Assembly: GCA_024236395.1 (NCBI GenBank)
Contig: JACKKO010000001.1
Coordinates: 17,345-81,344 of the forward strand
DNA length: 64,000 bases
Direction: 5' to 3'
DNA from: Hyphomicrobiales bacterium
GTDB lineage: Bacteria; Pseudomonadota; Alphaproteobacteria; Rickettsiales; JACKKO01
In this document: piece after piece, positions 30,787 through 40,698 of the stretch
How the letters are laid out: every line of letters starts with the position of its first letter
How positions within the stretch are numbered: position 1 is the stretch's first letter
Position numbers and translations under genes: made by a program
The notes under the pieces: model-generated
Database searches by the model: none
Told to the model about the DNA's origin: nothing
Seen by the model: the letters and a program-made list of their open reading frames with translations, nothing else

Positions 30787-31776
30787 TCAGGCCGCCATGG
30801 TTTCCGGCAATTCCATACCAAAACAGCGCTGGAAATATTCCGCAATGGTGGCGCGCTCCAGCTCGTCGCATTTATTCAGGAAGGCCAACCGGAAGGCCTG
30901 CACCAAATCGCCCCCAAAAATCTGCTGGTTTTCTGCCCAGGCAATCACCGTACGCGGCGACATCACCGTGGAAATATCGCCCTTGGCAAATCCTTCCCGC
31001 GTTAGCCCGGCCAGCCGTACCATGCGTTCCACTTCCTTGGGCTTGGCTTTGGCAACTTTGGCCCGTATAATCTTGACTTCCTCCTCCTGTGGCAGGTAGT
31101 TCAGCTGCACCACGATATTCCAGCGATCCATCTGCCCCTGGTTAATCGGGTTGGTGCCGTGATACAGTCCGCTGGCATCACCGAGCCCAATCGTGTTAGC
31201 CGTAGCAAACAGGCGGAAATTTGGGTGCGGTGTCACCACCTTATTCTGCTCGGTCAATGTCAGCCTGCCGTGTGATTCCAGCAAACGCTGGATGACAAAC
31301 ATTACGTCCGGCCGCCCGGCATCGTATTCATCAAACACCAGTGCAATCCCATGATGCATGGCAAATGGCAGCAACCCTTCGCGGAACCGCGTGACCTGTT
31401 TTCCCTCTTCCAGCACGATAGCATCCCGGCCAATCAGATCAATCCGGCTGATATGCCCATCCAGATTAAGCCGGATCAGTGGCCAGTTGAGACGTGCCGC
31501 CACCTGCTCGATATGGGTGGATTTACCCGTCCCGTGATAACCCTGGATCAACACCCGTCGGTTATGCACAAACCCGGCCAGAATCGCCCGGGTACATTCT
31601 TCGTTGAAGTGGTAGTCCGGATCCATGGCGGGAGTAAACGTGGAAGGCTCTGAAAACGCCTTTATTTTCATATCTGGTTTTATATGGAATAGTTTAGAGG
31701 CAGAAACGCTTTTGGTAGGGGCTTCTTCCGGCGTTATTGGGTTTTCGTCCGTCTGGTTAATCATGTTTATTTCCAT
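30787..31776 (-). CDS. cobS: CobS-like AAA+ (MoxR-type) ATPase
   Basis: Walker [10 protein letters not shown] and Walker B ALVFDEYD. High overall conservation. The start is ambiguous (31809, 31776 or 31764). Confidence 0.85.
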   Translation of the reverse strand: MEINMINQTDENPITPEEAPTKSVSASKLFHIKPDMKIKAFSEPSTFTPAMDPDYHFNEECTRAILAGFVHNRRVLIQGYHGTGKSTHIEQVAARLNWPLIRLNLDGHISRIDLIGRDAIVLEEGKQVTRFREGLLPFAMHHGIALVFDEYDAGRPDVMFVIQRLLESHGRLTLTEQNKVVTPHPNFRLFATANTIGLGDASGLYHGTNPINQGQMDRWNIVVQLNYLPQEEEVKIIRAKVAKAKPKEVERMVRLAGLTREGFAKGDISTVMSPRTVIAWAENQQIFGGDLVQAFRLAFLNKCDELERATIAEYFQRCFGMELPETMAA

Positions 31777-31841
31777 TTTTGAGAATGTTAGCCGCGCGCA
31801 TACTGCCATATTCTGTGCCTAATGCCAAGCAGTATGCCCGC

Positions 31842-32420
31842 TTACGTAAAGAGGGGCGAGCGAACCAGAAGACGGTAAGCTTCGTTGATACGGCGGAAGC
31901 GTTCCGCGTGCCCGTTTTCACTATCGGGATGAAATCGCTTTGCCATTTTGCGGTATTGCCGCTTGATTTCCTCAAGGCTCACCGGCCAGCCCAGCGAAAG
32001 GATCGCCAGCGCCTTGCGTTCTTCTTCCCGCAGGCCGATGGGTATGGGCTTTTCCGGCATGGGACGCATGCCTGCACTATGCCGCCACTGTGCCGCCTGC
32101 TCCAGCAGGGAGGCCTGCATCGCCATGAAGTGGGCACGCGGCCACGTCGGCCGGTTGCCATAGACAATCTGATGCTGCAGTGTTTCGATTTCCTCGGCAC
32201 TGCGGCCGGAAAGATAATCCCACGCTTCATTATAGCGACGTATATGCTCCTGACAGAACATATATTCCTTCCCATCAGAGTACTCCGTCTTCACTGTTCG
32301 TGATGATTTTGGTGCTTTATACATGCCATTGCTACCGCACCCCGGCCAATCGCAAACCGGCGTGGCTTCCTCTTTTGGGAAAAATTGTACTCTGCTGATC
32401 GTGTGTTTAGGCATTGTCAC
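31842..32420 (-). CDS. J-domain-containing protein
   Basis: C-terminal J domain with an HPD motif (EIKRQYRKMAKRFHPD). It sits upstream of cobS. Confidence 0.75.
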   Translation of the reverse strand: MTMPKHTISRVQFFPKEEATPVCDWPGCGSNGMYKAPKSSRTVKTEYSDGKEYMFCQEHIRRYNEAWDYLSGRSAEEIETLQHQIVYGNRPTWPRAHFMAMQASLLEQAAQWRHSAGMRPMPEKPIPIGLREEERKALAILSLGWPVSLEEIKRQYRKMAKRFHPDSENGHAERFRRINEAYRLLVRSPLFT

Positions 32421-32461
32421 TGATTATGACGCAGCGCCTTATTTACGGCAAGGATTGTTTC

Positions 32462-33457
32462 TTAGTGGGTTATTTCAAACTGTTTTTTCTGAAATGAACG
32501 CTCTGCAAGGTATGAGCAATCCTCTTTATCACGATTCTCCTGCATGCTGTCTAGCCGAAGATTTTTTGCCTCTAGAAGGATAATATCTGAGTAATCCCCT
32601 TTATTAAATTGCATCGCCATAGCGTCTGTTATTGGTGTATCACATGTAAAGGTACAGTCTGATGGTACACGGATCTGCTTAAATTCATTCCATAATTTCT
32701 CCAGCTTAGGATATACCGGCTCACCCGGTGTATTAATCATATTCTCTACAACTGTTTCCTGCATCCTTTTGAGGAGAACACGTTGTTCAGAATGGGAAAA
32801 ATCAAATACCAGAAGCACCCTCTCGCCAAAATACGGGTGATTCCCGAGCCATTTATCTTTATATTTCCCCCAGTCAAACTCCGGATGCTTTTCTTCTAAC
32901 TCCTCCCATGCGGCTTGAGATACTTTCTTTTTATCCAGCCCCTGTTCCGTAAGGTACTTTGCCGCCAGATAATCCATATAGATATGGTCGTTTTTTGTGA
33001 CGCGCGAAATATGCTGGAACGTTTCTTTACTTAAGTTGAGATACCTGTCCATATCCACGCGGGTTTCTCTCACTCTTACCGCCATCGCCGCGAACGATCC
33101 CAGCAGTCCCATCTGCTGGTCCGGTGAAGCACTCAGTAATTTTTTCATATCCTTAGTAAATTGTTCATCAAAGCTAATAACACCTGAAGCCTTGAAATAC
33201 TTACCGCGAACCACCTCTGCTCTTTTCTCAAACTCACCCAGAATTTGATACTCATCCTTTATCTTGCTTTCTAATTGCTCCAGCAATACCGGGTTTAATG
33301 TTTTGCCATCTGCATTGGTAACGTGGTCTCTGATAATTCTTTGTAATGCCTCATAATCCTCTTCAGGCATGACATCTTTCAGCGCCCTGAGCGCACGGGC
33401 AAAGGTTATCAGGCTTTTTATCTGTGGCGGTTGAGGTTGGGAAATAGCGTCATTCAT
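32462..33457 (-). CDS. Hypothetical protein, 331 aa
   Basis: Long ORF in an AT-rich segment. No motif recognised, and no signal peptide or TM segment. Confidence 0.5.
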   Translation of the reverse strand: MNDAISQPQPPQIKSLITFARALRALKDVMPEEDYEALQRIIRDHVTNADGKTLNPVLLEQLESKIKDEYQILGEFEKRAEVVRGKYFKASGVISFDEQFTKDMKKLLSASPDQQMGLLGSFAAMAVRVRETRVDMDRYLNLSKETFQHISRVTKNDHIYMDYLAAKYLTEQGLDKKKVSQAAWEELEEKHPEFDWGKYKDKWLGNHPYFGERVLLVFDFSHSEQRVLLKRMQETVVENMINTPGEPVYPKLEKLWNEFKQIRVPSDCTFTCDTPITDAMAMQFNKGDYSDIILLEAKNLRLDSMQENRDKEDCSYLAERSFQKKQFEITH

Positions 33458-33540
33458 ATGACTGCATTATACAAGAATTTAATTAAAACTTTATTAACAG
33501 CGCGCTGTATTTTAGTTGTAAATTCTTTGCAAATTCAACC

Positions 33541-34734
33541 CTAGCGCGGATTTAGGCGAAAGCGCAGTGCATTGAGGCGAATAAAGCCCGCGGCATCACG
33601 CTGATCATAGGCAGTATCTTCCTCAAACGTGGCAATATCAGAATTATAAAGACTGTTGGGTGATTTCCGGCCGATTACCGTAGCACACCCTTTATAGAGC
33701 TTTACTTTTGCTGTTCCTGTTACCCGCTGCTGACTATGATCGATTGCAGCTTGTAACATCTCCCGCTCCGGCGACCACCAATAGCCATTATAAATCAGTT
33801 CTGCATAGCGCGGCATCAACTCATCTTTCAGATGGGCCGCCCCGCGATCCAGCGTCAGGCTTTCCACCGAACGGCGCGCTTCCAGCAGGATCGTCCCGCC
33901 CGGCGTTTCATACACGCCACGGGATTTCATCCCCACATAGCGGTTTTCCACGATATCAATCCGCCCTACTCCATGCTTACCGCCCAGCGTATTGAGCGCT
34001 TCCAGCAACGCGGCAGGCGATAATTTTTTGCCATTGACCGAAACCGGGTCACCCTGCTCAAAATCAATTTCGATGATTTCCGGTACGTCCGGCGCAGCCT
34101 CCGGAGCGACACTCCGGGTAAACATACTCTCTTCATAGGGTTGCCATGGATCTTCCAGTACGTTACCCTCATAGGAGGTATGCAGCAGGTTTGCATCCAT
34201 GGAATACGGTGGGGCATTGCGCTTTTCTGCCGGCACTGGAATATTATGATCGCGGGCAAACGCCAGCAGTTTGGTGCGGGAATTCAAATCCCACTCACGC
34301 CAGGGTGCAATGACCTTAATATCTGGCTTGAACGCGTAATAACCCAGCTCAAACCGCACCTGGTCATTTCCCTTCCCGGTGGCACCGTGTGAAACGGCAT
34401 CCGCACCGGTTTCCAGCGCGATTTCAATCTGGCGCTTGGCAATCAGCGGCCGGGCGATGGACGTCCCCAGCAGATATATACCTTCATAAAGCGCATTGGC
34501 ACGGAACATCGGGAAGACGTAATCCCGCACGAATTCTTCGCGCAGATCTTCAATATATATTTCCTTGATGCCCGCAGCCTCGGCTTTGGCACGCGCCTCT
34601 TCCACCTCACCCCCCTGTCCAAGATCAGCCGTAAATGTCACAATCTCGCAATCATAGACATCACGCAACCAATGCAGAATCACCGAGGTATCCAGACCGC
34701 CGGAATAGGCCAGTACTACTTTCTTCACTGTCAT
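33541..34734 (-). CDS. argG: Argininosuccinate synthase
   Basis: N-terminal [11 protein letters not shown]-loop and full-length conservation over 397 aa. Confidence 0.93.
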   Translation of the reverse strand: MTVKKVVLAYSGGLDTSVILHWLRDVYDCEIVTFTADLGQGGEVEEARAKAEAAGIKEIYIEDLREEFVRDYVFPMFRANALYEGIYLLGTSIARPLIAKRQIEIALETGADAVSHGATGKGNDQVRFELGYYAFKPDIKVIAPWREWDLNSRTKLLAFARDHNIPVPAEKRNAPPYSMDANLLHTSYEGNVLEDPWQPYEESMFTRSVAPEAAPDVPEIIEIDFEQGDPVSVNGKKLSPAALLEALNTLGGKHGVGRIDIVENRYVGMKSRGVYETPGGTILLEARRSVESLTLDRGAAHLKDELMPRYAELIYNGYWWSPEREMLQAAIDHSQQRVTGTAKVKLYKGCATVIGRKSPNSLYNSDIATFEEDTAYDQRDAAGFIRLNALRFRLNPR

Positions 34735-34759
34735 AGGGACTTATCTAGGGGGTGCCGCG

Positions 34760-35083
34760 CTAGGCGTCAACGGTTTCTTTTGCAGTTTCCTTATGCCGAT
34801 CTGCTTTGACACGTTTTTCAGCATCACGACGTTCTTTCGCCGTCATTTTAACCATTTTCTGGTTCTTAGTATCCCATCGGTACTGATAAACAACGGTTTT
34901 CGTGCCGGTTGTAATAATATCGCCATTTTCCAGCTGCAGAACATCAAAGCCTTTTTGCAGCGCATCAGTGATGATTGACGAAGATTTTCGCAGATATTCA
35001 GCATCCTGCATCAGTTCAATACCAGATGTAGTATCGTCAGATGTAGTGCTATTCTTGATAATCTCTTTAATGTCACGTATCAT
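34760..35083 (-). CDS. Hypothetical protein, 107 aa
   Basis: AT-richer ORF 25 nt upstream of argG. No family recognised. Confidence 0.45.
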   Translation of the reverse strand: MIRDIKEIIKNSTTSDDTTSGIELMQDAEYLRKSSSIITDALQKGFDVLQLENGDIITTGTKTVVYQYRWDTKNQKMVKMTAKERRDAEKRVKADRHKETAKETVDA

Positions 35084-35234
35084 GGCTAGAAAGTTTAACT
35101 CTTTGTTAATACGTCAAGAATACGGTTAATTTATTCAGGGGTCAAGCAGGAAGTCGCCATCTTGTTATAAACTCGTGGTAGAACAATTCTGTGTGATGCT
35201 AAAATGCGGCACTGCATAGCTTCACACTCTTATC

Positions 35235-36665
35235 TTAGAAACTATACCGCACCCCGGCATAGATATTGCTCGTATCCTCAAACTGCCCAAAGAAGGAGGT
35301 ATGGCGCTGGCCGTAAAATAGGTTCAGCCCTGTCTCCAGTTGCCAGTGGTCGTCCAGCTTGTAATTGACGCTGGCACGTGTATACCCGTCACCTGCCGAG
35401 GGGCTGTAGAAATTAAACAGGGAAAGTTTCAGGTTCTGCTGCATCAGCAGCTGGGTCAGACGCAGGGTCAGCACCTGGTGATTTGCATCCTCTACCACCG
35501 CCCCAGCCGGCAGGCTTTGCCGATAGGCCGTATGATCCTGCATATGCTCTATGTAATATTGCATTGACCCGGTTAATTCCGGCACCAGCTCCTGCTCATA
35601 CCCCACCAGCACCCGCCATTCGCTGTTACGCACCAGCGGGTTGACACCTCTCCGGTCATCGCGGCTGTCATAATAACCAAGTTCGGCATTGGCAATCCCT
35701 GCCAGCACTGGCCCACGTACACTGGCACCATAGACGGAAAGACGCGGGAACGTATACCGCCCACTTAAAGGGTTCTGCCCGGCCGGGCTTTTCCAGTAGC
35801 CCTGATAGTAATAGAGCGCGGTTTCATAAGCCTCTACCAACCGGTGCAGACGCAGCGCCAGTTCATCCCCATGGAACCAGCCATCCCGCGCCTCGGTATT
35901 TACCGGAAGGTTTCGCCCCGCCACCGAGCCAGCTCCGGCATTGTAATACGAGATGCGCCGCCCATCGATAAAACGGTCAGCATCAAAGCGTGGGGTATAC
36001 ACCACATCCAGATTCACTTCCGGGTGATAAAACGCCAGCTTCACCGCATCTGAAGGCGCTTTCAGATATTCCACATCGCGCCCGATGAAAAAACTGTTCC
36101 AGTCCTTCGGGAATAAATCGTTGATGAAAAGCAGATCGCCCGTCCCCCAGGTCAGAATCTGCCGCCCCAGCTTCACATCCGCATTCTCAGCCGGACGGAA
36201 AAGCACATAAGCCTCACGTACATCCAGCACCCCGTCTCCATTTTCCAGATCGGGTTCGTATTCATCTGCCACCGGATCATAGAGCAGGTCCCCGCTCAGC
36301 CCTACAGTCAACGATTCGTTACTCTGGAGAGCCTGGAGGTGTAAGCGCCCTTCGCCCAGGCTAGCGCGTTTCTGCTGCGTATCCCGATGCAGGCGCATGC
36401 CATAGCGCGTCTCTATGAACCCACTCAGGTCAAACGGTAATGCATCCCGCCACACATCTGCCCGCTCTTGCGCAACGGCTTCCTCTTTATTGCCATCCCC
36501 AAGACCCATCGGCAGCGATGGTTCGGAAGAAAGCCCTTGCGGTAACGCTGGCACATCTGCAGGCGATACCACGCCCAGTCCCATAGGCAGGGCGGGCTCT
36601 TCTGCATGTGCGACCGGGTTCAGAAGCATACACCCCAGCAGAGAAAAGAGCACCGGTCGCTTCAT
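35235..36665 (-). CDS. Outer-membrane beta-barrel protein (porin-like) of the RND/LolA-like cluster
   Basis: Signal peptide, alternating beta-strand pattern and terminal ...GVRYSF. The N-terminus carries three (P)ALP(M/Q)GL(G/S) repeats. Confidence 0.6.
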   Translation of the reverse strand: MKRPVLFSLLGCMLLNPVAHAEEPALPMGLGVVSPADVPALPQGLSSEPSLPMGLGDGNKEEAVAQERADVWRDALPFDLSGFIETRYGMRLHRDTQQKRASLGEGRLHLQALQSNESLTVGLSGDLLYDPVADEYEPDLENGDGVLDVREAYVLFRPAENADVKLGRQILTWGTGDLLFINDLFPKDWNSFFIGRDVEYLKAPSDAVKLAFYHPEVNLDVVYTPRFDADRFIDGRRISYYNAGAGSVAGRNLPVNTEARDGWFHGDELALRLHRLVEAYETALYYYQGYWKSPAGQNPLSGRYTFPRLSVYGASVRGPVLAGIANAELGYYDSRDDRRGVNPLVRNSEWRVLVGYEQELVPELTGSMQYYIEHMQDHTAYRQSLPAGAVVEDANHQVLTLRLTQLLMQQNLKLSLFNFYSPSAGDGYTRASVNYKLDDHWQLETGLNLFYGQRHTSFFGQFEDTSNIYAGVRYSF

Positions 36666-36674
36666 GGGTATTCC

Positions 36675-37460
36675 TTATCGCAGGTATTTCCGTGGGGCCG
36701 CACGCAGATAGCGCTCGGTGAAAATATCCTCCGGCAGTCCGATATCATAGCCAACTTTGCCGTATTCCATGACCGTATACCCACCAAGATTCTTATCCGA
36801 CATCTTAGACTGCGTCACCGTGGCATGCCCATCAATCGTATCCACCTTCAGCGCCTCATAGGTACGATACGCGGTATCGGCACTGTCATAGAATTCCGTT
36901 TTCACCGGGATAAAAGTCGTCTTATGAATCCAGTTTTTGTAATAGGCAAATTCCACCGCGTCCTTTTTCTTCGGCACACTTTTCAGCACGTAGAAATTAT
37001 CGGTTTCCTCCACCAACGTATGCGTATCCTCACTGGGGGTGCGGCCGGAAACATCTTCATAGAAGAAATGCGACCCCACAAAACTGGTGCGCTCATCGCT
37101 GGCAGCGATCCGTTTCACCAAATCCAGCGCTGGCAAATATAGCCAGCGGTCATCCTCTGCCTTGGTATGTTTCCATACCAGAAATGCCGTTTTATTGACG
37201 TCTGCCGGGCGGGAAAAATACACGTAGAATTTCTGTTCGGTATCCCCCTTATCGTCCGTGTCGGTACGCAGGATCGTGAAATCGCGCGTGCGCTCGCGGC
37301 CCTGCGCATCCGTAATCACCATATGCACGCTGGCACGGCCATCCTTACCCTGATAATAGGCGGCATGATTTGCCTTCGCCACAATCTCCTCCACCGAAAG
37401 CGCCCAGGCCGGCGTGGTGAGCAATGCCAGCAGAATGGTCAGTATATATCGACTACGCAT
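36675..37460 (-). CDS. Outer-membrane lipoprotein-sorting (LolA-like) protein
   Basis: Signal peptide MRSRYILTILLALLTTPAWA. The sequence pattern is that of LolA_like proteins usually found next to MMPL/RND exporters. Confidence 0.7.
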   Translation of the reverse strand: MRSRYILTILLALLTTPAWALSVEEIVAKANHAAYYQGKDGRASVHMVITDAQGRERTRDFTILRTDTDDKGDTEQKFYVYFSRPADVNKTAFLVWKHTKAEDDRWLYLPALDLVKRIAASDERTSFVGSHFFYEDVSGRTPSEDTHTLVEETDNFYVLKSVPKKKDAVEFAYYKNWIHKTTFIPVKTEFYDSADTAYRTYEALKVDTIDGHATVTQSKMSDKNLGGYTVMEYGKVGYDIGLPEDIFTERYLRAAPRKYLR

Positions 37461-37462
37461 AT

Positions 37463-40042
37463 TTAGTTCCCCTTCTTCTTGTTCTTAAACAGGGTTTTTT
37501 CAAAAAGTGCAATCAGCGCAGGCAATAATAACAGCGATGCCGCTCCCGCAATCACCAGTATCGCCGAGATGAAGAATCCCACCGTCTGATACGGCACCAA
37601 CGGCGCGGCCAGCAACGGCAGGAAGCCCATACCGATCACGATCACATTTCGCGCAATGGCGCGGGAAGGCTCCCCGAATATCGCGGGAATCGCTTTTTCC
37701 CAACTGCCATACTGCGCCACCATCTCGCGGCTCCGTGCCAGGAAATGAATGGCATAGTCCACGGCCAGCCCCAGGCTAAGCGCCGAGAGCACCGCCACCG
37801 GCATGTCGTAATCTTTCCCGACCAGCCCGATCACCCCATAGATCAATGCGATCGTCACGGTTAGCGGAATCATTGAAAGAATCCCCCACCATAGCGACCG
37901 GAACAGGAACACCATCATCACCAGCACAATCACAAAACTCCCGGCAAACGCTTCCAGCATTCCTGCCACCATCTTCTGTTGCCAGATGACATTGATGTAG
38001 GTCAGGCCGAACCATTGATGGGTTAAGGCCAGCGGCGGGGGATTATCAGCGATAAACGCATCCACCGCATCCACCAGCTGCTGCATGTCTTTGTTGTCAC
38101 CACTCTTCAGCTGAATCCACAGATTCGTCTTGCGGTAATCCGGCGTCACAAAATGCCAGAGATCCTGCGGGCGGTGACTGCCCTGATAGGTAATCAGGGT
38201 TTGCGCGACCGCCGCCGCTGTATCCGGAATATGGAACGCATCTTCCTTGCCAAGGAATAGCTCACGGTGCACCGTCTTCACCACGTCTGGCAAGGCGTTG
38301 CTTTTTCCCACCAGCCCGGTCGTCAGCATATGCTCCTGCAAGTTGGCGAGATAACGCAGCACGTCCGGACGTTTAAACACTTCCTGTTGTTGCTGCCTGG
38401 CTTCCAGCCGGAGTGCCACCGCATCCCATGCTTCCCAGTCAGCATCCGATACCGCGGCATCCTGCGCGGCAAGGATGGTTTCCTGCACGTCTTTCAGCGG
38501 ACTCCCCAGCAGAGGCTTTAGTACCGTAACGACCTGCTCTGGCAACCCGTCCAGATCTACCTCTTCTAGTACCGGCCCGGCCCCTTCGGGTGCTTCCAGC
38601 GTCAGGTACGCCATATACGTTCCGGCAAAGGCTTTATTCAGTGCTGCATCGGCCACGCGGATCGGGTGCTGTTCCTCAAACCATTTCACCGGGTTATCAT
38701 TGATGGTAATCCGGCTGATCCCATATGCTGCCACCCCACCAAGCACCACCGTGACCAGCAGGATCGCCTTCGCATAGCGGTAGGTCGCCGGCCCCATGCG
38801 CATCAACAGCCGCGCCAGCGGTGAGAGCGCCGCACCGTCTTCCCCCATGCCGAACCCTTCCAGCGAGCGCGCCGGCAGCAGCATGATATACGCCGGTACC
38901 AATGTCACTGTCAGCAGCCAGGCAAGGAACACACCGATAGCAATAAAAATACCGAATACCTGCACCGGCGGTATTGGCGTAAACGCCAGTGACCCAAAAC
39001 CCGCGCAGGTGGTCAGGGATGTGAACAACATCGGTTTAGAAAGCTCATCCATGACATGACGAAGTGTGTGTGTGCGGTCTTTTGTTTTCGGGTAACGATC
39101 AAAAAAATCCGAAAGAATATGCACTGCATCCAGCACCGCAATCGGCATGATAAAAATCGGGATCATGGAACTCATGATGTGCACCGTGTTCCCGGTGACA
39201 ACCAGCAGCCCCATCGTCAGGATTACGGAGATCATTGCCACAATCATCGGCGCGATAATCAGTGTCACGTGGCGGAAGAAATACCACATCAGCAGAAAGA
39301 TCAGCAGCATCGCCAACGGTGCAGAAATCGCCATCTGCTTGAACATCTCCACCCCAAACTGATCCTGCGCGATCGGCAGGCCGGTGATGTGGTAGGTATC
39401 CTTTGCTCCAATCTCGGCTATTTTAGCACGCAGCTTTTCGGCCACCGTGTAACTATCCGATTTAAACGCAATCGGCAGATAAAGCGCCAGTGCTTTTCCG
39501 TCCTCCGACACCAGCGTATTATTCAGGAACGGGATGTGCTTGGCTTTCATGGCAATAGACGCCGCCCCTTCCGGCGTTTCCGGTGGGGTTTTCATCAACC
39601 ATTCAAACCGCACCGTACCCAGCCCGGCCTGCTCGATATTATCCATTGTGGAAGGTGCAATCACATCCGCCCCAATCACACCGTGCCGAACCCCGCCTTC
39701 TTCCCATACCAGCGTTTTGGCGTAGTCCGTTAGAGCATGAATATCGCTTAACGACTGTGGATTAAACACCCCCTCGGGGCGGGCATCATTCACTACGCCC
39801 ACCACCACCATATCGTACATGGAAAATTCCGACTTCATGCGGTTATGGAACACGCGCACCGGCTCATCGCCTGCCAGCATATTTTCCGGGTCGGTATCAA
39901 TATGCAGCGGATTCAGGTACGCCGTCAGCGCAGGGAACACCACCGGTAGACCCACCAGCACCAGCATCAGCACACTCAGCACTACCGAACCCCTAAACCA
40001 CCCGGCAGGATGCCGGACCGCATGCTCCGAAAGTAATTGCAT
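37463..40042 (-). CDS. RND-superfamily / MMPL-type exporter, 12 TM with two large periplasmic loops
   Basis: 859 aa with duplicated 6-TM modules. An AGGAGG RBS overlaps the stop codon of the upstream DUF2892 gene. ATG at 40042. Confidence 0.85.
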   Translation of the reverse strand: MQLLSEHAVRHPAGWFRGSVVLSVLMLVLVGLPVVFPALTAYLNPLHIDTDPENMLAGDEPVRVFHNRMKSEFSMYDMVVVGVVNDARPEGVFNPQSLSDIHALTDYAKTLVWEEGGVRHGVIGADVIAPSTMDNIEQAGLGTVRFEWLMKTPPETPEGAASIAMKAKHIPFLNNTLVSEDGKALALYLPIAFKSDSYTVAEKLRAKIAEIGAKDTYHITGLPIAQDQFGVEMFKQMAISAPLAMLLIFLLMWYFFRHVTLIIAPMIVAMISVILTMGLLVVTGNTVHIMSSMIPIFIMPIAVLDAVHILSDFFDRYPKTKDRTHTLRHVMDELSKPMLFTSLTTCAGFGSLAFTPIPPVQVFGIFIAIGVFLAWLLTVTLVPAYIMLLPARSLEGFGMGEDGAALSPLARLLMRMGPATYRYAKAILLVTVVLGGVAAYGISRITINDNPVKWFEEQHPIRVADAALNKAFAGTYMAYLTLEAPEGAGPVLEEVDLDGLPEQVVTVLKPLLGSPLKDVQETILAAQDAAVSDADWEAWDAVALRLEARQQQQEVFKRPDVLRYLANLQEHMLTTGLVGKSNALPDVVKTVHRELFLGKEDAFHIPDTAAAVAQTLITYQGSHRPQDLWHFVTPDYRKTNLWIQLKSGDNKDMQQLVDAVDAFIADNPPPLALTHQWFGLTYINVIWQQKMVAGMLEAFAGSFVIVLVMMVFLFRSLWWGILSMIPLTVTIALIYGVIGLVGKDYDMPVAVLSALSLGLAVDYAIHFLARSREMVAQYGSWEKAIPAIFGEPSRAIARNVIVIGMGFLPLLAAPLVPYQTVGFFISAILVIAGAASLLLLPALIALFEKTLFKNKKKGN

Positions 40043-40051
40043 CAACGCCTC

Positions 40052-40252
40052 CTAGAACGCTGCACCGGGCTTGAACCCCAGCTTCTTCAGGATGATCGCC
40101 AGCGGACAAAAGCCCGTAAACGCGGCCTGAAGCATATTCAGCCCCACAAACCCTGTGAGAAAAAACCAGTACGGGTGCATAAAATACCCCAACAGCACAC
40201 TCCCCACAACCACCGTTCCGGCAAACGCCAGAATAAAACGATCAATATTCAT
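40052..40252 (-). CDS. DUF2892 (YgaP-like) small membrane protein
   Basis: 66 aa from [12 protein letters not shown]..., with a GGAGG RBS. Two TM helices and the conserved ...[13 protein letters not shown] end. Confidence 0.7.
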   Translation of the reverse strand: MNIDRFILAFAGTVVVGSVLLGYFMHPYWFFLTGFVGLNMLQAAFTGFCPLAIILKKLGFKPGAAF

Positions 40253-40347
40253 AGAACCTCCGAAACCGATAAGATTAGCTAGATATAATATTACCATCTT
40301 CTAATTTTATACTTTACTAATGTTACTAGTCAAGCTATCATTTCATC

Positions 40348-40674
40348 ATGGCATCTAAGAAATTATTTTTTGATACAAAAGACGGCGCCGCATTAATGAA
40401 AGCCGTGGATATGCTGAAACTACTCAGCAACCCGCACCGCCTGGCCATTCTCTGCCATATCGGTGAAGAAGCGCTTTCTGTTAATGAGATCGCAGAGCAT
40501 ATCGGTATGAGTCAGTCTGCCCTTTCCCAGCATCTGGCACGGCTGAAGAACGCCGGACTCGTCTCGTGCCGTCGGGAGCATAATAAAATCTATTACGCAC
40601 TCAGCAGCAAGGAAACCGAGTCCATCATTACCTTGCTGCGCAAACTTTATTGCCAATCCATCACGTCTTGTTGA
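40348..40674 (+). CDS. ArsR-family regulator, BigR/SqrR-like (candidate persulfide sensor)
   Basis: HTH core LLSNPHRLAILCHIGEEALSVNEIAEHIGMSQSALSQHLARLKNAGLV. Cys in helix alpha2 (AILCH) and near the C-terminus (LYCQSITSC). It lies adjacent to sqr. Confidence 0.75.
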   Translation: MASKKLFFDTKDGAALMKAVDMLKLLSNPHRLAILCHIGEEALSVNEIAEHIGMSQSALSQHLARLKNAGLVSCRREHNKIYYALSSKETESIITLLRKLYCQSITSC

Positions 40675-40698
40675 TACTACAGGAAAAGAGGGGGTATT

